64,000 bases of DNA from Mantamonas sphyraenae STR306 (Eukaryota; Protista; CRuMs): contig JAPMXV010000051.1 in assembly GCA_026936335.1 (NCBI GenBank), forward strand, positions 186,001-250,000, given 5' to 3'. A program made the position numbers and the translations under genes. Shown one piece after another: positions 38,263-50,463 of the stretch; positions within the stretch are counted from its first letter, which is position 1; every line of letters begins with the position of its first letter. The notes under the pieces were generated by a model. That model ran no database searches and was not told the DNA's origin. It saw nothing but the letters and a program-made list of their open reading frames with translations.

Positions 38263-39985
38263 GACCGGATTCTCGTTGGCTTCCCGTGCGCACCGCACAC
38301 CCATCCCAACACTTGCGCTCCGTCGCCTCGCCCCTCTCTGCACTCTTGCCCTCGTGTGCATGGCCGTCACCAACGTCCAAGCCATGCCCTTGCGTGCCAC
38401 GGGCCGTCTCGCTGCAGCGGCAGCTGGTGCCGCCGCCTCCCGCGCCGCCGTGCACTCGCAAGAGCCTTCCCTCAACGTGTGGCCCATGCCCTCGTCTCTC
38501 AGTGTGGGCACACACACGGCCCGCGTCCACGTCAGCTCTTCGCTTGCCTTTCGCTGTCAGACGCAGGCCTGCACCAATTCCCAGCTCCTCCAGCGCGCTT
38601 TCCAGCGCTACAAGAGCCTCATGTTCACCCATGGAAGCGGCCACGGCGGCCAAGGTGACATCACGTACGTGGACGTCGGTGTCAACACGTCCATGTCGCC
38701 CGAACAGATCGACTATGGCACGGACGAGTCGTACACGCTTTCCCTCAAGCAAGGGTCGCCCAGCGTGTCCCTCAGTGCCGCCAACGTGTTTGGCATCGTG
38801 CGTGCCCTGGAAACCCTGAGCCAGCTCGTGCACTACGTTGGCTCCCTGGACGCCTACGTCATCGACCATGCGGAACTGAGCATCACCGATGCCCCGCGCT
38901 TCCCGTGGCGTGGCTTTATGATTGACACCAGCAGGCACTACCTCTCTGTGGCCACCATCAAGCGTCAGATCGATGCTGCCTCGTACACCAAGCTCAACAC
39001 CTTGCACTGGCACATTGTCGACGCCATCAGCTGGCCCTACCAATCCAAGGCCTACCCGGAGCTCTCCAAGGCCGGTGCATGGACCCCCGAGCAGGTGTAC
39101 ACCCAAGCCCAGATCCAGGACATTGTGTCGTATGCCAACGACCGTGGCGTGCGTGTGGTGCCCGAGTTTGACATTCCGGGCCACACCGCCGTGGGCATGG
39201 CTTTCCCGCATCTTGCCGCGTGTGCCGACCATGTCAATGTCAACAACGACGCCCTGGACCCGACCCAAGACGCCACGTACACTTTCCTGAGCACGCTGCT
39301 GAGTGAGGTGGCTGCCCTCTTTCCGGACAGCTACCTGCATCTGGGTGGCGACGAGGTGGACCTCAACTGCTGGAGCAGCAACGAGGGCATTGTGCAGTGG
39401 CTGCACGCTCATCATATGAACGTCAGCGAGCTGCAGCACTACTTCTGGACCCGCTTTTTCAAGGAAGTCTACCCGTCCATTGCCCACAAAAAGGTGGTGC
39501 TGTGGGAGTACACCGACATGGCCATTCCGCCCGAGCTCATGCCTGCGGGCACCATGGCCGACATCTGGGCCGACCGCGATGTCCAGGCGCCCTTTCTCCA
39601 GCGTGGCGTGGAGACCCTCTTCTCTGGCTACTACTACCTCGACCAGATGGACCCGGCTCACATCCACTACTACCAATTCGAGACCACCTGGCAGACTTTT
39701 TACTCTCAAGACCCCGTCACGGGCCTCAATGTCACCGCCGAACAGGCCGCCCTCGTCCGTGGCGGCGAAGCCTGCCAATGGGCCGAACAGGTCGACGACG
39801 TCAGCATTGACACGCGTGCCTGGCCTCGTGCCGCCGCCTCTGCCGAACGCTTCTGGTCGCCCATCACCGTCACCGACCTCGTCTCTGCCAAGGCTCGTCT
39901 CATGTGGTTTGTCTGCCACCTCCAGAGCCGTGGCATCGCCGCCTCGCCCATCGAGCCCGACAACTGCCCCGCACGCCTGCTGTGA
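38261..39985 (+). CDS. Beta-N-acetylhexosaminidase (GH20)
   Basis: DAPRFPWRGFMIDTSRHY, NTLHWHIVD, RGVRVVPEFDIPGH, catalytic HLGGDE, GGEACQWAE, WPRAAASAERFWS; start uncertain. Confidence 0.95.
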   Translation: MTGFSLASRAHRTPIPTLALRRLAPLCTLALVCMAVTNVQAMPLRATGRLAAAAAGAAASRAAVHSQEPSLNVWPMPSSLSVGTHTARVHVSSSLAFRCQTQACTNSQLLQRAFQRYKSLMFTHGSGHGGQGDITYVDVGVNTSMSPEQIDYGTDESYTLSLKQGSPSVSLSAANVFGIVRALETLSQLVHYVGSLDAYVIDHAELSITDAPRFPWRGFMIDTSRHYLSVATIKRQIDAASYTKLNTLHWHIVDAISWPYQSKAYPELSKAGAWTPEQVYTQAQIQDIVSYANDRGVRVVPEFDIPGHTAVGMAFPHLAACADHVNVNNDALDPTQDATYTFLSTLLSEVAALFPDSYLHLGGDEVDLNCWSSNEGIVQWLHAHHMNVSELQHYFWTRFFKEVYPSIAHKKVVLWEYTDMAIPPELMPAGTMADIWADRDVQAPFLQRGVETLFSGYYYLDQMDPAHIHYYQFETTWQTFYSQDPVTGLNVTAEQAALVRGGEACQWAEQVDDVSIDTRAWPRAAASAERFWSPITVTDLVSAKARLMWFVCHLQSRGIAASPIEPDNCPARLL

Positions 39986-40050
39986 TGACGACAGATGACC
40001 AATGCACGTCTCTCCCTTCACACACACACACACACACACGCTGTCTCTTT

Positions 40051-42384
40051 TTACAGCACCAGCAGTTGCACCTTGCCGTTGCTCGTGCCAATAATCACGG
40101 TGCTGTCGTCGTGCGACCACGTCAGGCACAAAATACCCTCGTTGTGCACCTTGAGCGAACGCAACATGCGTGCACTGTGCACCGTGTAGATGATGACGTA
40201 GTTGTCGTACGAACCGCACGCAAACATGCGTCCGTCGTTGGAAAACGCAACCGCACACGCCCAGCTCGGATGGCCCGTGTGCATGCGCAGAAGGCTCCCG
40301 TTGCTCGAGTCCCACATCTTCAGGGTGCGGTCTCGCGACGTCGTCAGCAACAGGTTGTCCGGATACAGCGCTGCATCCAGGATAAAGTCGTCGTGCGCTT
40401 CGATCTTCATGATCGGCTTGGTCAACTCCTCGTCCGTCAGATCCCACATAAACACCATCTTGTCCAACCCTGCTGACACCACCGACTTGCCGTCCGGTGT
40501 AAAACGCACCACCTTGACCCAATTGCTGTGCCCAATGAAAATCCGGTCCGGTTTCCCGTCCTCCAGGTTCCACAGCCGCACCGTGCGATCCAGCGAGCTG
40601 CTCACCACCTGTTTGTCATCGGGAGAGATGGCACAGTCGGTCACAGAGTCCTCGTGGCCCACCAGATTCTGTTTGAGCTGGCCCTGCTGCACCAGCCACA
40701 CAGACAGGTTGTGGTCGAAGCTGGCACTCACAATCAGCGAATCGTCCGACGTGAAGCGTGCCGCGGTGACAATCGACCGATGGCCCACCAGCGTGGCCAG
40801 ACACGTCTTTGTTTTCGTGTCCCAGATCTTGATGGAGCGGTCGTACGAAGCCGTCAACACGCAGCTCGGCTCCGTGTTGGACACCTCGATGCACTTGACG
40901 CCTCCCTCGTGGGTGTCCAGTGTTTTGGGAAACACAAACACGTCGACGCTGGAAAACAGGTCATCCAGCAGGCGCAGCTTGTACACAATGTTGCGAAAGA
41001 TGGCGTACTGCTGCTTCTTGGCAATGCCAAAGAACGTCTTGTGGAAGATGTTCACCTTGAACAAATTGGGTTCGGGTTCCAGCACGCGTTCAAACAAGGG
41101 CAGGGTGATGTTGAGAAAGTGAGCTGCCAGCTTCGCCGCCTCCTCGTCGTACCGGATAAACAGATCTTCCTCCTCCAGCAGCTCTGCAAACGACATCACC
41201 ATCAACACACTGGTCACACACAACAGATACTTGTCCACCACATTCTCCATGCCCCTGTAGTCCTCCTCTCTAATTTCGGCCACCTTGCCAGCCTCTTCCC
41301 GCTCGTCCAGGGCATCTTTCCACTCCTTCCACTCCTTCCCCTCGCCCATTGCCGCCTTGCTCCGCTTCTCCCGTGTCCCTTCATCTTGCTTGTGCCCACC
41401 GTTCGACAAGTCCGAACTGCTGCTGCTGCTGCTGCTGCTACTGGAGCTGCTCGACGTCGAGGACGTCGAGCTGCTGTGCTTCAACATGCGCAGTCGATGT
41501 CCGCTGCTCGTCCTCCTGCTCTCCACACTCGAATCCCCTTCCTCCACTTTGCCCTTTTTCTTCTTCCTCTGTACATCCTCTCCCATGGCAGCCGCTCGCT
41601 GCTCCCGCGCCGTTTGTTCACCCTGCGCTTTTCGTTCCTTCTCCCGCTCCTTGCGCATCTCCATGGTGTCCCCCAGATGTGTCTTGCTGTGTGTGTGTGT
41701 GTGTGTGTCCATCCCATACACATCACCCATGTGTGTGCCGTACACACCGTGTCCCGAGGGTCGTTGTGCGTGTCAGTTGCCGCGAGCGAGCCGTTGCACC
41801 TCTTCCCGCACTCAACAAACCCGCGCCCCGCCTGCCCAACTGACCCTTTGGCTTCCAGATTGGCCACTTTGGGCCGTTCCTCCAGACTTGCCTCCACATC
41901 CGAAATGGCCAGCTTCTTCATCTTGACGGTGGGTGGGTAGAAGTTCTGAAAGAAGGAGAACAGCTTCTGGGCCTTTTTGTGCTCCACCGAGTCGGCCATC
42001 CTCAGATGACGCGTCATACTCTGCCCACTGTCCCACGACTCCAACCAGTCACGCATGTACATGTGCATCTCGTCAAACTTGTCGATCTCCTCTGGCAGGA
42101 ACGTCGATCTCGAACGCACCTTTTCCCACCTGTGCACACACACACACACACACCATGGATCACATCCAACACCGCCAATGTCAGCAACCGCCCCTCCCCC
42201 TTTCCCCCTCCTCCTCTGTGATCCCACACGCAACCCACGTGATGTCCGTCAGGTCCACACGCCGAAACAGGTTGGCCATCGTGCGGGACTTTGTCACACG
42301 ATGCAACGACTGCAGGGTTTCGTACACAGTCAGATACTCATCTCCAATCTTGTGCGTCCGCTCCACGCCTACGCCGTGGCTCAT
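40051..42384 (-). CDS. WD40-repeat protein with long N-terminal region, multi-exon
   Basis: ~7 GH..WD/WN repeats (TASYDRSIKIWD, SSSLDRTVRLWN, SAGLDKMVFMWD); upstream exons inferred. Confidence 0.85.
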
Positions 42385-42458
42385 TGTCTCCACACGGGTG
42401 TGATTGGTCGAGTCGTGGACAGAGTTGTTTTTGGTGGCGCGCGTGCGTGGCCACACGG

Positions 42459-43292
42459 ATGGACGCCGACTCGTTTTCCTCACGCGATCGGCAGGTGGCC
42501 GGATTCCGCTTCTTCCCGGCCAACCACCAGATTGCGTCTGTGTCCTCACTTCCCCGGTGGTTCATTGGCGCCGCCGTCCTCACGCTGGCGACCACATGGA
42601 CGCTCAACTCGGTGTTGGGCCACACCCCGTCACATCTGCCCCAGTATGCGCCTGAAATCTCCCAGACGGGCAACTATCCGCCCGAAAGCTGGCTGTTTAC
42701 CTTTGGCATGTCCTTTGCGGCGTATGGCATGATGTGCTTCACCCTGCTGCGCTGTGCTCAGCTGCGCACTCTGTTGCGCATCAACAGGGCTCCGTCGCAC
42801 CCACCACCCACCCTCCAACTCAATCTGGTGCATGTGCTGACGCTGCTCGCGGTCGTTTCCTCCCTGGGACTGCTGGGCATTGCCAATCTCAGCGATCTGC
42901 GTCAGAGCGACGCCCACGATGTCTGCGCAGGCCTCTTTTTCCTTAGCACCGCCCTGTACACAGCCCTCGACACGTATCTGTCCGGCTCCAACCTGGTCAA
43001 CAACCATCTGGGTGCATCCGAGGCACCTGTGGTGCGCAAGCTGCTGTGGAGGAAGCGAGCATGCTCGGCGGCCGTGTTTGTGTTTTGTGCCGCCTATCTC
43101 CTCCTCTGGTTTGCCCCACTGGTGTTTGTCGTGCGTGTCATCCGTGCGCTGGTCCAGTATGCAGCCGTCCTTTCCATGCTTGCCTATCATTGGCAGTTGG
43201 GCCACGACTTTGCGTCCATGCGGCTGCACGTCAAAACGTCCGTCTGGGACGACACGGGCCTCGATGAACCTTTCCAACGCAACAGAGGGTAG
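42459..43292 (+). CDS. Frag1/DRAM/Sfk1 (TMEM150-like) membrane protein
   Basis: PEISQTGNYPPESWLF motif, AHDVCAGLFF, ~6 hydrophobic segments. Confidence 0.8.
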   Translation: MDADSFSSRDRQVAGFRFFPANHQIASVSSLPRWFIGAAVLTLATTWTLNSVLGHTPSHLPQYAPEISQTGNYPPESWLFTFGMSFAAYGMMCFTLLRCAQLRTLLRINRAPSHPPPTLQLNLVHVLTLLAVVSSLGLLGIANLSDLRQSDAHDVCAGLFFLSTALYTALDTYLSGSNLVNNHLGASEAPVVRKLLWRKRACSAAVFVFCAAYLLLWFAPLVFVVRVIRALVQYAAVLSMLAYHWQLGHDFASMRLHVKTSVWDDTGLDEPFQRNRG

Positions 43293-43352
43293 CGCGAGAG
43301 TCAACGGAGGAGTGAACCATGACCATTGTGTATTTTTGCCACACGAAGCCTC

Positions 43353-44447
43353 TCAAATTTCACCGTCCTCGTACAGCTTGTCTTCGAGGGCGAGGTAACT
43401 GTCGTTGTGGCTTGCCAGGGCCTTGTCGTGTGCGACATTGACCATGGCCTCCCAGTTTGCGTGTCGCTTCTTGGCCTTGCCCTTCTCCAGCGTCATCTCC
43501 TCCTTGTAGTCGGCTGTGCACTGGTCAAACAGCTCGGGGTCGAGTTCCATGAAAAACTTGGCCACGTTGAAGGTGAGGTTGTGGATGGCAGTACTCCAGT
43601 GAGCCTTGCTGTTGCTGTACAGCGCGCCGTACACCAGTGGGAGGATGGACGCGCGGTTTTCCATGATCTTGGCCACAATGTACTCGTTGTTCCACAGGAG
43701 CAGCGATCGTTCGGCGACCTGAAAGTGCGTGTTGCGCATGCATCGCGACACCTGCTTAAACGCAATCACCTGGATGTCTGTGAACTCGGCCAAGTCCAGC
43801 ATTTCGAGGATTTCCTCGAGCTCGGCAATGAACAGCAGCTCCTTGCCGCTGTTGGTCTTGGGCCAGAAGCGGATGAGGCCCTTGAGGATGGTTTCCGCGA
43901 GGGATGGGTCCTTTTCCAGGAACTGAGTGATGCAGTACGTCAGTTGCTGGTGATACATGGTGACCCGCTTGGGCTTGTGCAGTGGGATGAGGCTCTTCTC
44001 AAGAAACATGATGTGCTCGGGCTTGAGCGGCAGAGCGAAACCGTTGATGATGCTGCCCAGGATTTCCAGCAGCTCTGCGATGCCGTTGTGCTTTTCCGTC
44101 TCAAAGATGAAGGAGTGGAACACGGTGTTGATGGAGCGGCGGATGAAAGCCCGATGGACGAGGAACTTGCCGTAGATGCGATGGAGCACCGTCTTGAGGT
44201 AGTCCCGCTCACGCGGATCCTCTGTGTCAAACAGCTCCAGCAGACTGCTGATAACCGACTGGCTGATGTAGTACTTGGCCACCGCAGGGTCGCACATGGC
44301 CGACTCCACGAAGCGCAGGAGAAGCTCGTAAATCTTTTGCACGTGTGGCCACGCCACTTCCAACGTCGGCTCGTCCTCTTCCGGGTCGTATTCGGCCCCC
44401 GACGGGTTCACTGCAGGGGGCAGTGTGCGGAACAGGTTGGTTTCCAG

Positions 44448-44492
<45 letters not shown>

Positions 44493-45675
44493 CGTGGGCC
44501 AAGGGGGTGAGGATTTTTGTCGGCGGGAGGGGAAGCAGAGCCAAAAGGGCACCCTCGACGCAAAGCGCGGCAACGGTGCACATTGCATGGCATGTGCTAT
44601 GCCGTGTTGCACCGACGCAGGCGCATGCCGTGCGAGAGTGTGTGGGCGGGTTATGGGCGCGGCGACAACGTACCATGCGGCAAAAGTACTTGAGCACCTT
44701 TTCCGTGGCCGGTTCCTGAGCTTGGCGTACAAACTCGATCAGCTCGTTCAGCGTGTCCTTCTTGATCTGCTTGCCCAGCTCGTCCGTTTGCACGGTAAAG
44801 TCAAACAAGATGCAGCACTGCTCGAGCTTGCCGCAAAACAATCCCATCTGTTCGTGCTCGGCAACGTCTGCGTGTCGTGGAAGCCGCAAGCCGAAATGGG
44901 CGGGTGGAGTTGATTTGTGAGCCAAACGGCTTGCCAGCCACACGGGGGGAGGGGCCATGACCACGTGGGGAAACCCTCCGTGCCTGCATGCATGCGGTGC
45001 AAAATACAAGCAGTGCACGTGATTTGCACACGCCGCGCATGTCTGCTCCGAGCGTACACACAGCGGGCAGACAACGGCAACCAATTTGCTTCGAGAGGGA
45101 AACACAAAGTCGCGAGCATAGCGGCGGCGCAAGGGAGCCACCGTGGCCTGTGCGTGAAATCGCGCCCATGCACGCAGGTTGGTCACAGGAAAACATACCG
45201 TCAAACGAAGGCAACTCTTCAATGGTGGCGCCTCCGAACCCGAGAAAGCGGGACGAGGAGCTGCGAGGCATTCGACGCTTCAGCTTCTCCGTCTCCTCTG
45301 CACGAGGGGTGGTCGACAGGCCCGTCACCACCTTGGAGGAACTGCCCGACCCACTTCCATCCTTGCTCTTCCTTTTCCTCTTCTGGGACGAGCTCTGTGT
45401 GTGCACTTGCGCGTCAGCAAAGGGTGCGCGGTCCGTGTTCGTTTGCTCACACAGCGTCGCGCGTGTTGGTGTGCACCTTTGCACACATCGGACAGCCAGG
45501 CACATGCACAGTGAACACACGACGCGTGCGCATCCACCTGCCACAGCCTCTGTTCTATTGCAGGTGGGTCGCGACTCGCACACTCGCGCGGCGGTTCGCG
45601 GAGATATTGCAACGGAAAACCTACCCGCTTGGTCTTGCTGCTGCTGCTCTTCTTCTTGCCAAACATGCTGCTCAT
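43353..45675 (-). CDS. PPP2R5: PP2A regulatory subunit B' (B56), multi-exon
   Basis: [51 protein letters not shown]. Confidence 0.96.
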
Positions 45676-45840
45676 GGTGGATAGTCCAGAAAGCGGATGC
45701 TTGGGGTGGGTGCAAGAAGCGGGGATCTGTGTGCGCAAAAAGAGGAAACGTTGGGTGCGGTTGCGACGGGGAGTTTTTCGGAAACGTTTCGTCCCCTTCT
45801 CCACGGTTTGCAATCTCTCGCTGTACATGCCCCCCGTCGA

Positions 45841-48054
45841 TCATCCATCCTGTTGGAGTTCATCGCAGGGTTCAGACTCCCCGTTCCGATGACTGCAGGT
45901 TGGTGCCAACGAGACCGCGTCGAGCGGAGAAAGGCTCGCCAGGGGCACGATGGACGGCCTCCCATGAGCACACTGAAAGGGCAGCTGGCAGTGAACAAGC
46001 TGTCGAACGATCGTCGTGCACTGTGCATGCGTAAGGGGCGTGCCAAACACGACGGCAGAGTGGCAGGCCTTTGAGTGCAGGACGCGTTGCAGACACATCG
46101 GAGCAGAGTGGCCGTGGCCCTGGTCCAGCTCGTGCAGGTACTCAAGCATATGGGACGCCGTAGTCTGGACACCCAAGAGCACAGGAACCTGCAGCAGGCG
46201 TCCGTGGCCGTGCGGCTGTATCCCATCGTTGTCCAACTCGACGTGAAAGCCCCAGTGCGCGAGTCGACGCTGATGCTCATGCAACAGCTTGCTTTCATGT
46301 GGGGTAAGCTGCAGGTGGACGGGCTGATGCAGAAAGGCGACTTCGACAGCGGGATTCCGGACATCCAGGTGTCGCTTCTGCAGCGCCTCCAGCCGCACAC
46401 GTTCGTGGGCAGCATGCTGGTCAATGAGACACAGCGTATCGCCCAGCATGCATGCGATGAATTTGTTGTCCACCTGGTTGATGACTCGTGCGTGCGCAAG
46501 CATGTCTTTGGACAAACTCGTAGGATTCAGAGCCATCTCCTGGTGCATGGGCCGGGAGTGGTCGTTGCCGACAATATCTTTCAAGTTGGCTTGTTTCCTC
46601 GGTTTTCTGGACTCGTGCAGGGCCACACGGCTTCGTTTGCGGTCGTGAACTCCGACCTCTTCCGAACTCTCCTCGATCCGTTTGCGCTTGCGCGAGTCCT
46701 CCTTCTGCTGCATGTCCAGCGACCCATCTTTGTGTGCCCAGTGCCCAAACAAACTCCGTGGCATGGTCGTCGACGACGATGCACTGCGTCCACTGGCCAC
46801 CGCATCGCTTTCTTCCTGCGCAACCGGCTCAGACGGTAGTTGCAGGCCATGACGAGACAGAAAGCGTCGCAAGAGCTTCATGACACATGTTTGGACGTGC
46901 GAGGACTTGGAAAACGCCACTCGTGTCTTGTTCGGCTCCAGCGTTGCGTCGAGATCCTGCGGTGGAACTTGGATGTGCACAATGAACATGGGCTGCACTT
47001 TCGCTTTCACAGGCGACGTTTGTGACGATGAGGACGACTGGATGCTGCTTCCACCACTGCTGGTCAGATGCTGGCGCAAGGCGTCACCGAGGACTCGCCT
47101 GAGGGTCCGCTGAATCTCCGCGTGATGCACTCGGCGACGGTTGACATACAGGAACTGCAGTTCACTCGAAGCAACTGGAAGCAGACCAAGGTGAGCATGC
47201 AGCGTCGTGTGGTGTTCAAATTCCATGTGCATGGCTTCAAGCGACTGTGCCTTGTGCAGACCGAAAAAGTGGCCAAAGCGGCCAAGCACGGTCGTTGCGC
47301 TGGGCGTACTCAACATGGACTTGCCTCCTGTGTCTTGTCTGTATAGGGAGAGGGAAACGTGCGGGTGCACCAGGGCAATGGAGAGCAGGGTTTGGCGAAC
47401 TCGATCCGCTTCTGTCGCTGCGGCGCTTTGCAGGCGCTTGAGACGCACAGGCATGCTGTGAAACAGATTGTGTACGGTGGCTGTGGTGCCTACGGGGCGG
47501 TGCTCCCTGCTTTGGCGCATGGAAAGGCATTCTCCGTCGTGCAGGAGCTTCGTCCAGGTCTGCCACGTCTGCCTGGAGCGCGAGACCAGCTCCAGATGCC
47601 CCAGGCTGCCTAGGCTGGCCAGTGCTTCGCCTCGAAACCCATGTGTTTCAATTTGACTTTGCAGCTGGTTCAAAGACGAACACTTGCTCGTTGCGTACCG
47701 CTCGCCTGCTTCCTGCAGGTCCTGCTTCGCCATGCCGCAGCCGTTGTCGGTGACCCGGATGCACGACTGGCTCAAATCGATCGAGACACTGTGGGGCAGG
47801 GGCAGACGGGGTCAGTGCTGCGGTTTCGAGCAAACCGTGGCAGGATTCCTGACGGAATGGCAAACGCACCTGATCTGCGTCGCCTCGGCATCAATTGCGT
47901 TGAGCACAAGCTCCTCCACCGCCTGAGCATAGTTGGTAATCACAAACTGCGAACGGAGGCGGTGAACGACAGATTGCGGCAAACGTGAGACTCTCGAGAT
48001 GTTGACGGATTGGTTTGCCAAGCGATGCGCGAGCTTCGGCACCTTTTTCAACAT
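45841..48054 (-). CDS. MLH3: MutL homolog MLH3 (compact), one intron near the 5' end
   Basis: GHKL motifs EELVLNAIDA, DNGCGM, GFRGEALAS; endonuclease DQHAAHERVRLE; ACHSAVVFG; PFQCAHGRPS; start uncertain. Confidence 0.9.
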
Positions 48055-48980
48055 GAGCGAGACTGAAAACACCACTGGTCTGTCCACCAACGAGGAGTTG
48101 AAGGCCCAGCTGGCCGACAAGGAAGTGCTGCGTGTTGTGCCGGACGTACGTTGAGGCCTGCAACCACATGGCGGAGGCCGGAACCCAACAACTGACACGC
48201 CTTGCCCACTCCACAAACGCGGCAGTTCCCCAAGGAGGGCATCAACTTTTACGACATCACGACGCTGCTGATGACCCCCAAGGTGTGGCAACAGGTCATT
48301 GACGACGCTGTGGAGTACTACAAGCCTCGTGCCGACGACATTACCTTCTTTGCCGGCCTCGAGAGCCGCGGCTTCCTGCTGATCCCCATCGCCCAAGCCC
48401 TGAACAAGCCGTTTGTGCTCATCCGCAAGAAGGGCAAGCTGCCAGGTATGTTTCTATGTGTGTCTCCTCCTTCGCTCATCTCTCTCTCTCTTTCTGTGTC
48501 TGCCCATGCGTCCAGGTGGTGGAAGAACCTGCGAGAGGGTTCACCGCGTTTGCTTTCCTGACATCTCGACTTTTGCGTCTATCCCCTCCTCACTCTCCAC
48601 CCTCGCCCCACAGCCGACAAGTGGCAGGTTGACTATGGCAAGGAGTACGGCAAGGACGTGATCGAGCTCCACAAGGACTGCGTGTGTACGTTTGCTACAG
48701 GCTGCCTCCCCACAACACCCCTTGCCTCCTCTTCCTCATTGTACTCACGCATCCATCACGCTCCTCCCTCTCTCCCGCAGCCGAAGGAGACAAAGTGGTC
48801 CTCCTTGACGACCTCATGGCCACGGGTGGCACCCTGTGTGCAGGCATCGACCTTGTGGAAAAGGCAGGCGCCTCCGTCACCGAGGTCTTTTGCATCATTG
48901 AGCTCGCCGAGCTCAAGGGCCGCGAGCGCGTGATTGAAAAGAGCCCCAACACAAAGGTGTACTGCACCGTGGCGTTCTGA
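48053..48980 (+). CDS. APRT: Adenine phosphoribosyltransferase (4 exons)
   Basis: VPD|[49 protein letters not shown]. Confidence 0.95.
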
Positions 48981-49070
48981 AACAGCGCATGAGGCATCAA
49001 GAACAAAAAGCGCCGGCTTTCGTGCCTCGTGTTTGCCATCCTTCATCTGCATTGACAATCCATTGCCCGC

Positions 49071-50388
49071 TCATCCTCCCTTTTGCATCTTGGCCGACTG
49101 CTCACGGAACGTGTCCACCATCTCGTTGATCTCTGGGTCGTTGATGTTGTTTTCCACGGCCTGTTCAAACTCGTCCACCGAGAAGCCCCACTTGATGCGC
49201 ACCTGCGCCACTTCGACGGTCACCTTGGTAAACACGTTCATCAACTGACCCATCAGCATCGGGTTCTTCTGCAGCTCGGCCGACGAAACGCCGTCGGGCA
49301 CCAGCTTGGCCAGATCCACCTTGATCTGTTCCTGCATCTTCTTGGCCGTTTCGATCTGCGCACCCAGACATCCCACAAGCCGGTCTCGCTCCGTCATCTT
49401 TGCCAACTCGCCCGTCAGTTTGGTTGGCTGTGGTTCGTATCGCGTCAGCTCCGAAATGGAGAGGTTCGGCTCGGACCACGACGCCGGCAAGTGTGCGTGC
49501 GCCGTCGACTGGCCCAGCCACAGTTCGTTGTCGTTTTCAAACCTTGAATGGAGGGTACAGTAAGTGTGTGTGTGTGTGAGCGCCCCAGCATGTCAGTGGT
49601 GGTCCCTGTGCCGCCGCCGCCCGGGAAACCTGCCGCAAGGATTTGCATGGACGTTCGTCCACCTCCACGAAGCAGTGTGGCATTGGACACGCGTGTGTGC
49701 AGCTCATAGGCAAGCATCACACGTCCATGTTGTTCACGCACCTGTAGATGTGTCGCAGGATGATGTTGTCTTGCGAGTCGTCGTCCTCAAACAAAGGCGA
49801 CTGGCACATGCTCAGCACCTTGGGGTTGCTCGTCGTGTCCAACCGGTAGAACAGCTCCTTCTTGACGAGGTCGTACAATACCACCCGGTGCTTGTCCTTG
49901 AAATAGTACCGCATCTCCACGTCCGTGGAGTGGCCCATCTGCATGTGGATGTCGTTCGCCTCCATGTGCCAGTTGCCCAGAATCCGTTCCGCGTCTTTCT
50001 TCGTCTTGGCACCCTTACCCTTTCCCTTTCCCTTTCCCTTGCCAACCACCGCCCCAACGGGCAGCGACGAAGACGACGAGCTGCTGCTGCTGCTGCTGCT
50101 ACTGCTACCCTGCTTCGTAGCGTCCACTGCCTCCTTTGTCTCCTCGGCCTCTGCTTCTTCCTCTTCCATCTCCTCCTCCTCCTCGTCAGACGCGTACGCC
50201 TCCTCGTTGTCGTCGTTCACCTTGCTGGACACGCTGGAGCCACTGCGACGTCCCGAGCCCGTGCTTGCCTCGTCGTCTGCTGCGCTGCCCAGCGTCGTCG
50301 CCACATAGGCCACCAGACCTCCTACCAGGGCACCAGCGCCCAGCAAAAGGGCGTCCTTGCTGCTGAATGAGTTGTTGTTCTCAGACAT
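49071..50388 (-). CDS. Hypothetical N-anchored membrane protein with TIGR03067-like domain (exons 50388-49742, 49542-49071)
   Basis: N-terminal TM; ILGNW...YRLDTTSNPKVLSM...IYR|FENDNELWL...LPASW; phase-2 GT-AG intron joins the two ORFs. Confidence 0.6.
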
Positions 50389-50463
50389 GGACAGAAACTT
50401 GGGGTGGAGGCACACGCGCACGTGGCACCAAAAAGGCCGCAACCCTTGCCCCACTCGGCTGCC

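Noticed and set aside
37874-40573. 899-aa minus-strand ORF, and similar long ORFs at 459-1706, 12511-13806, 18959-20815 and 43326-44510
   Set aside because: Antisense to well-supported genes, with no recognisable motifs
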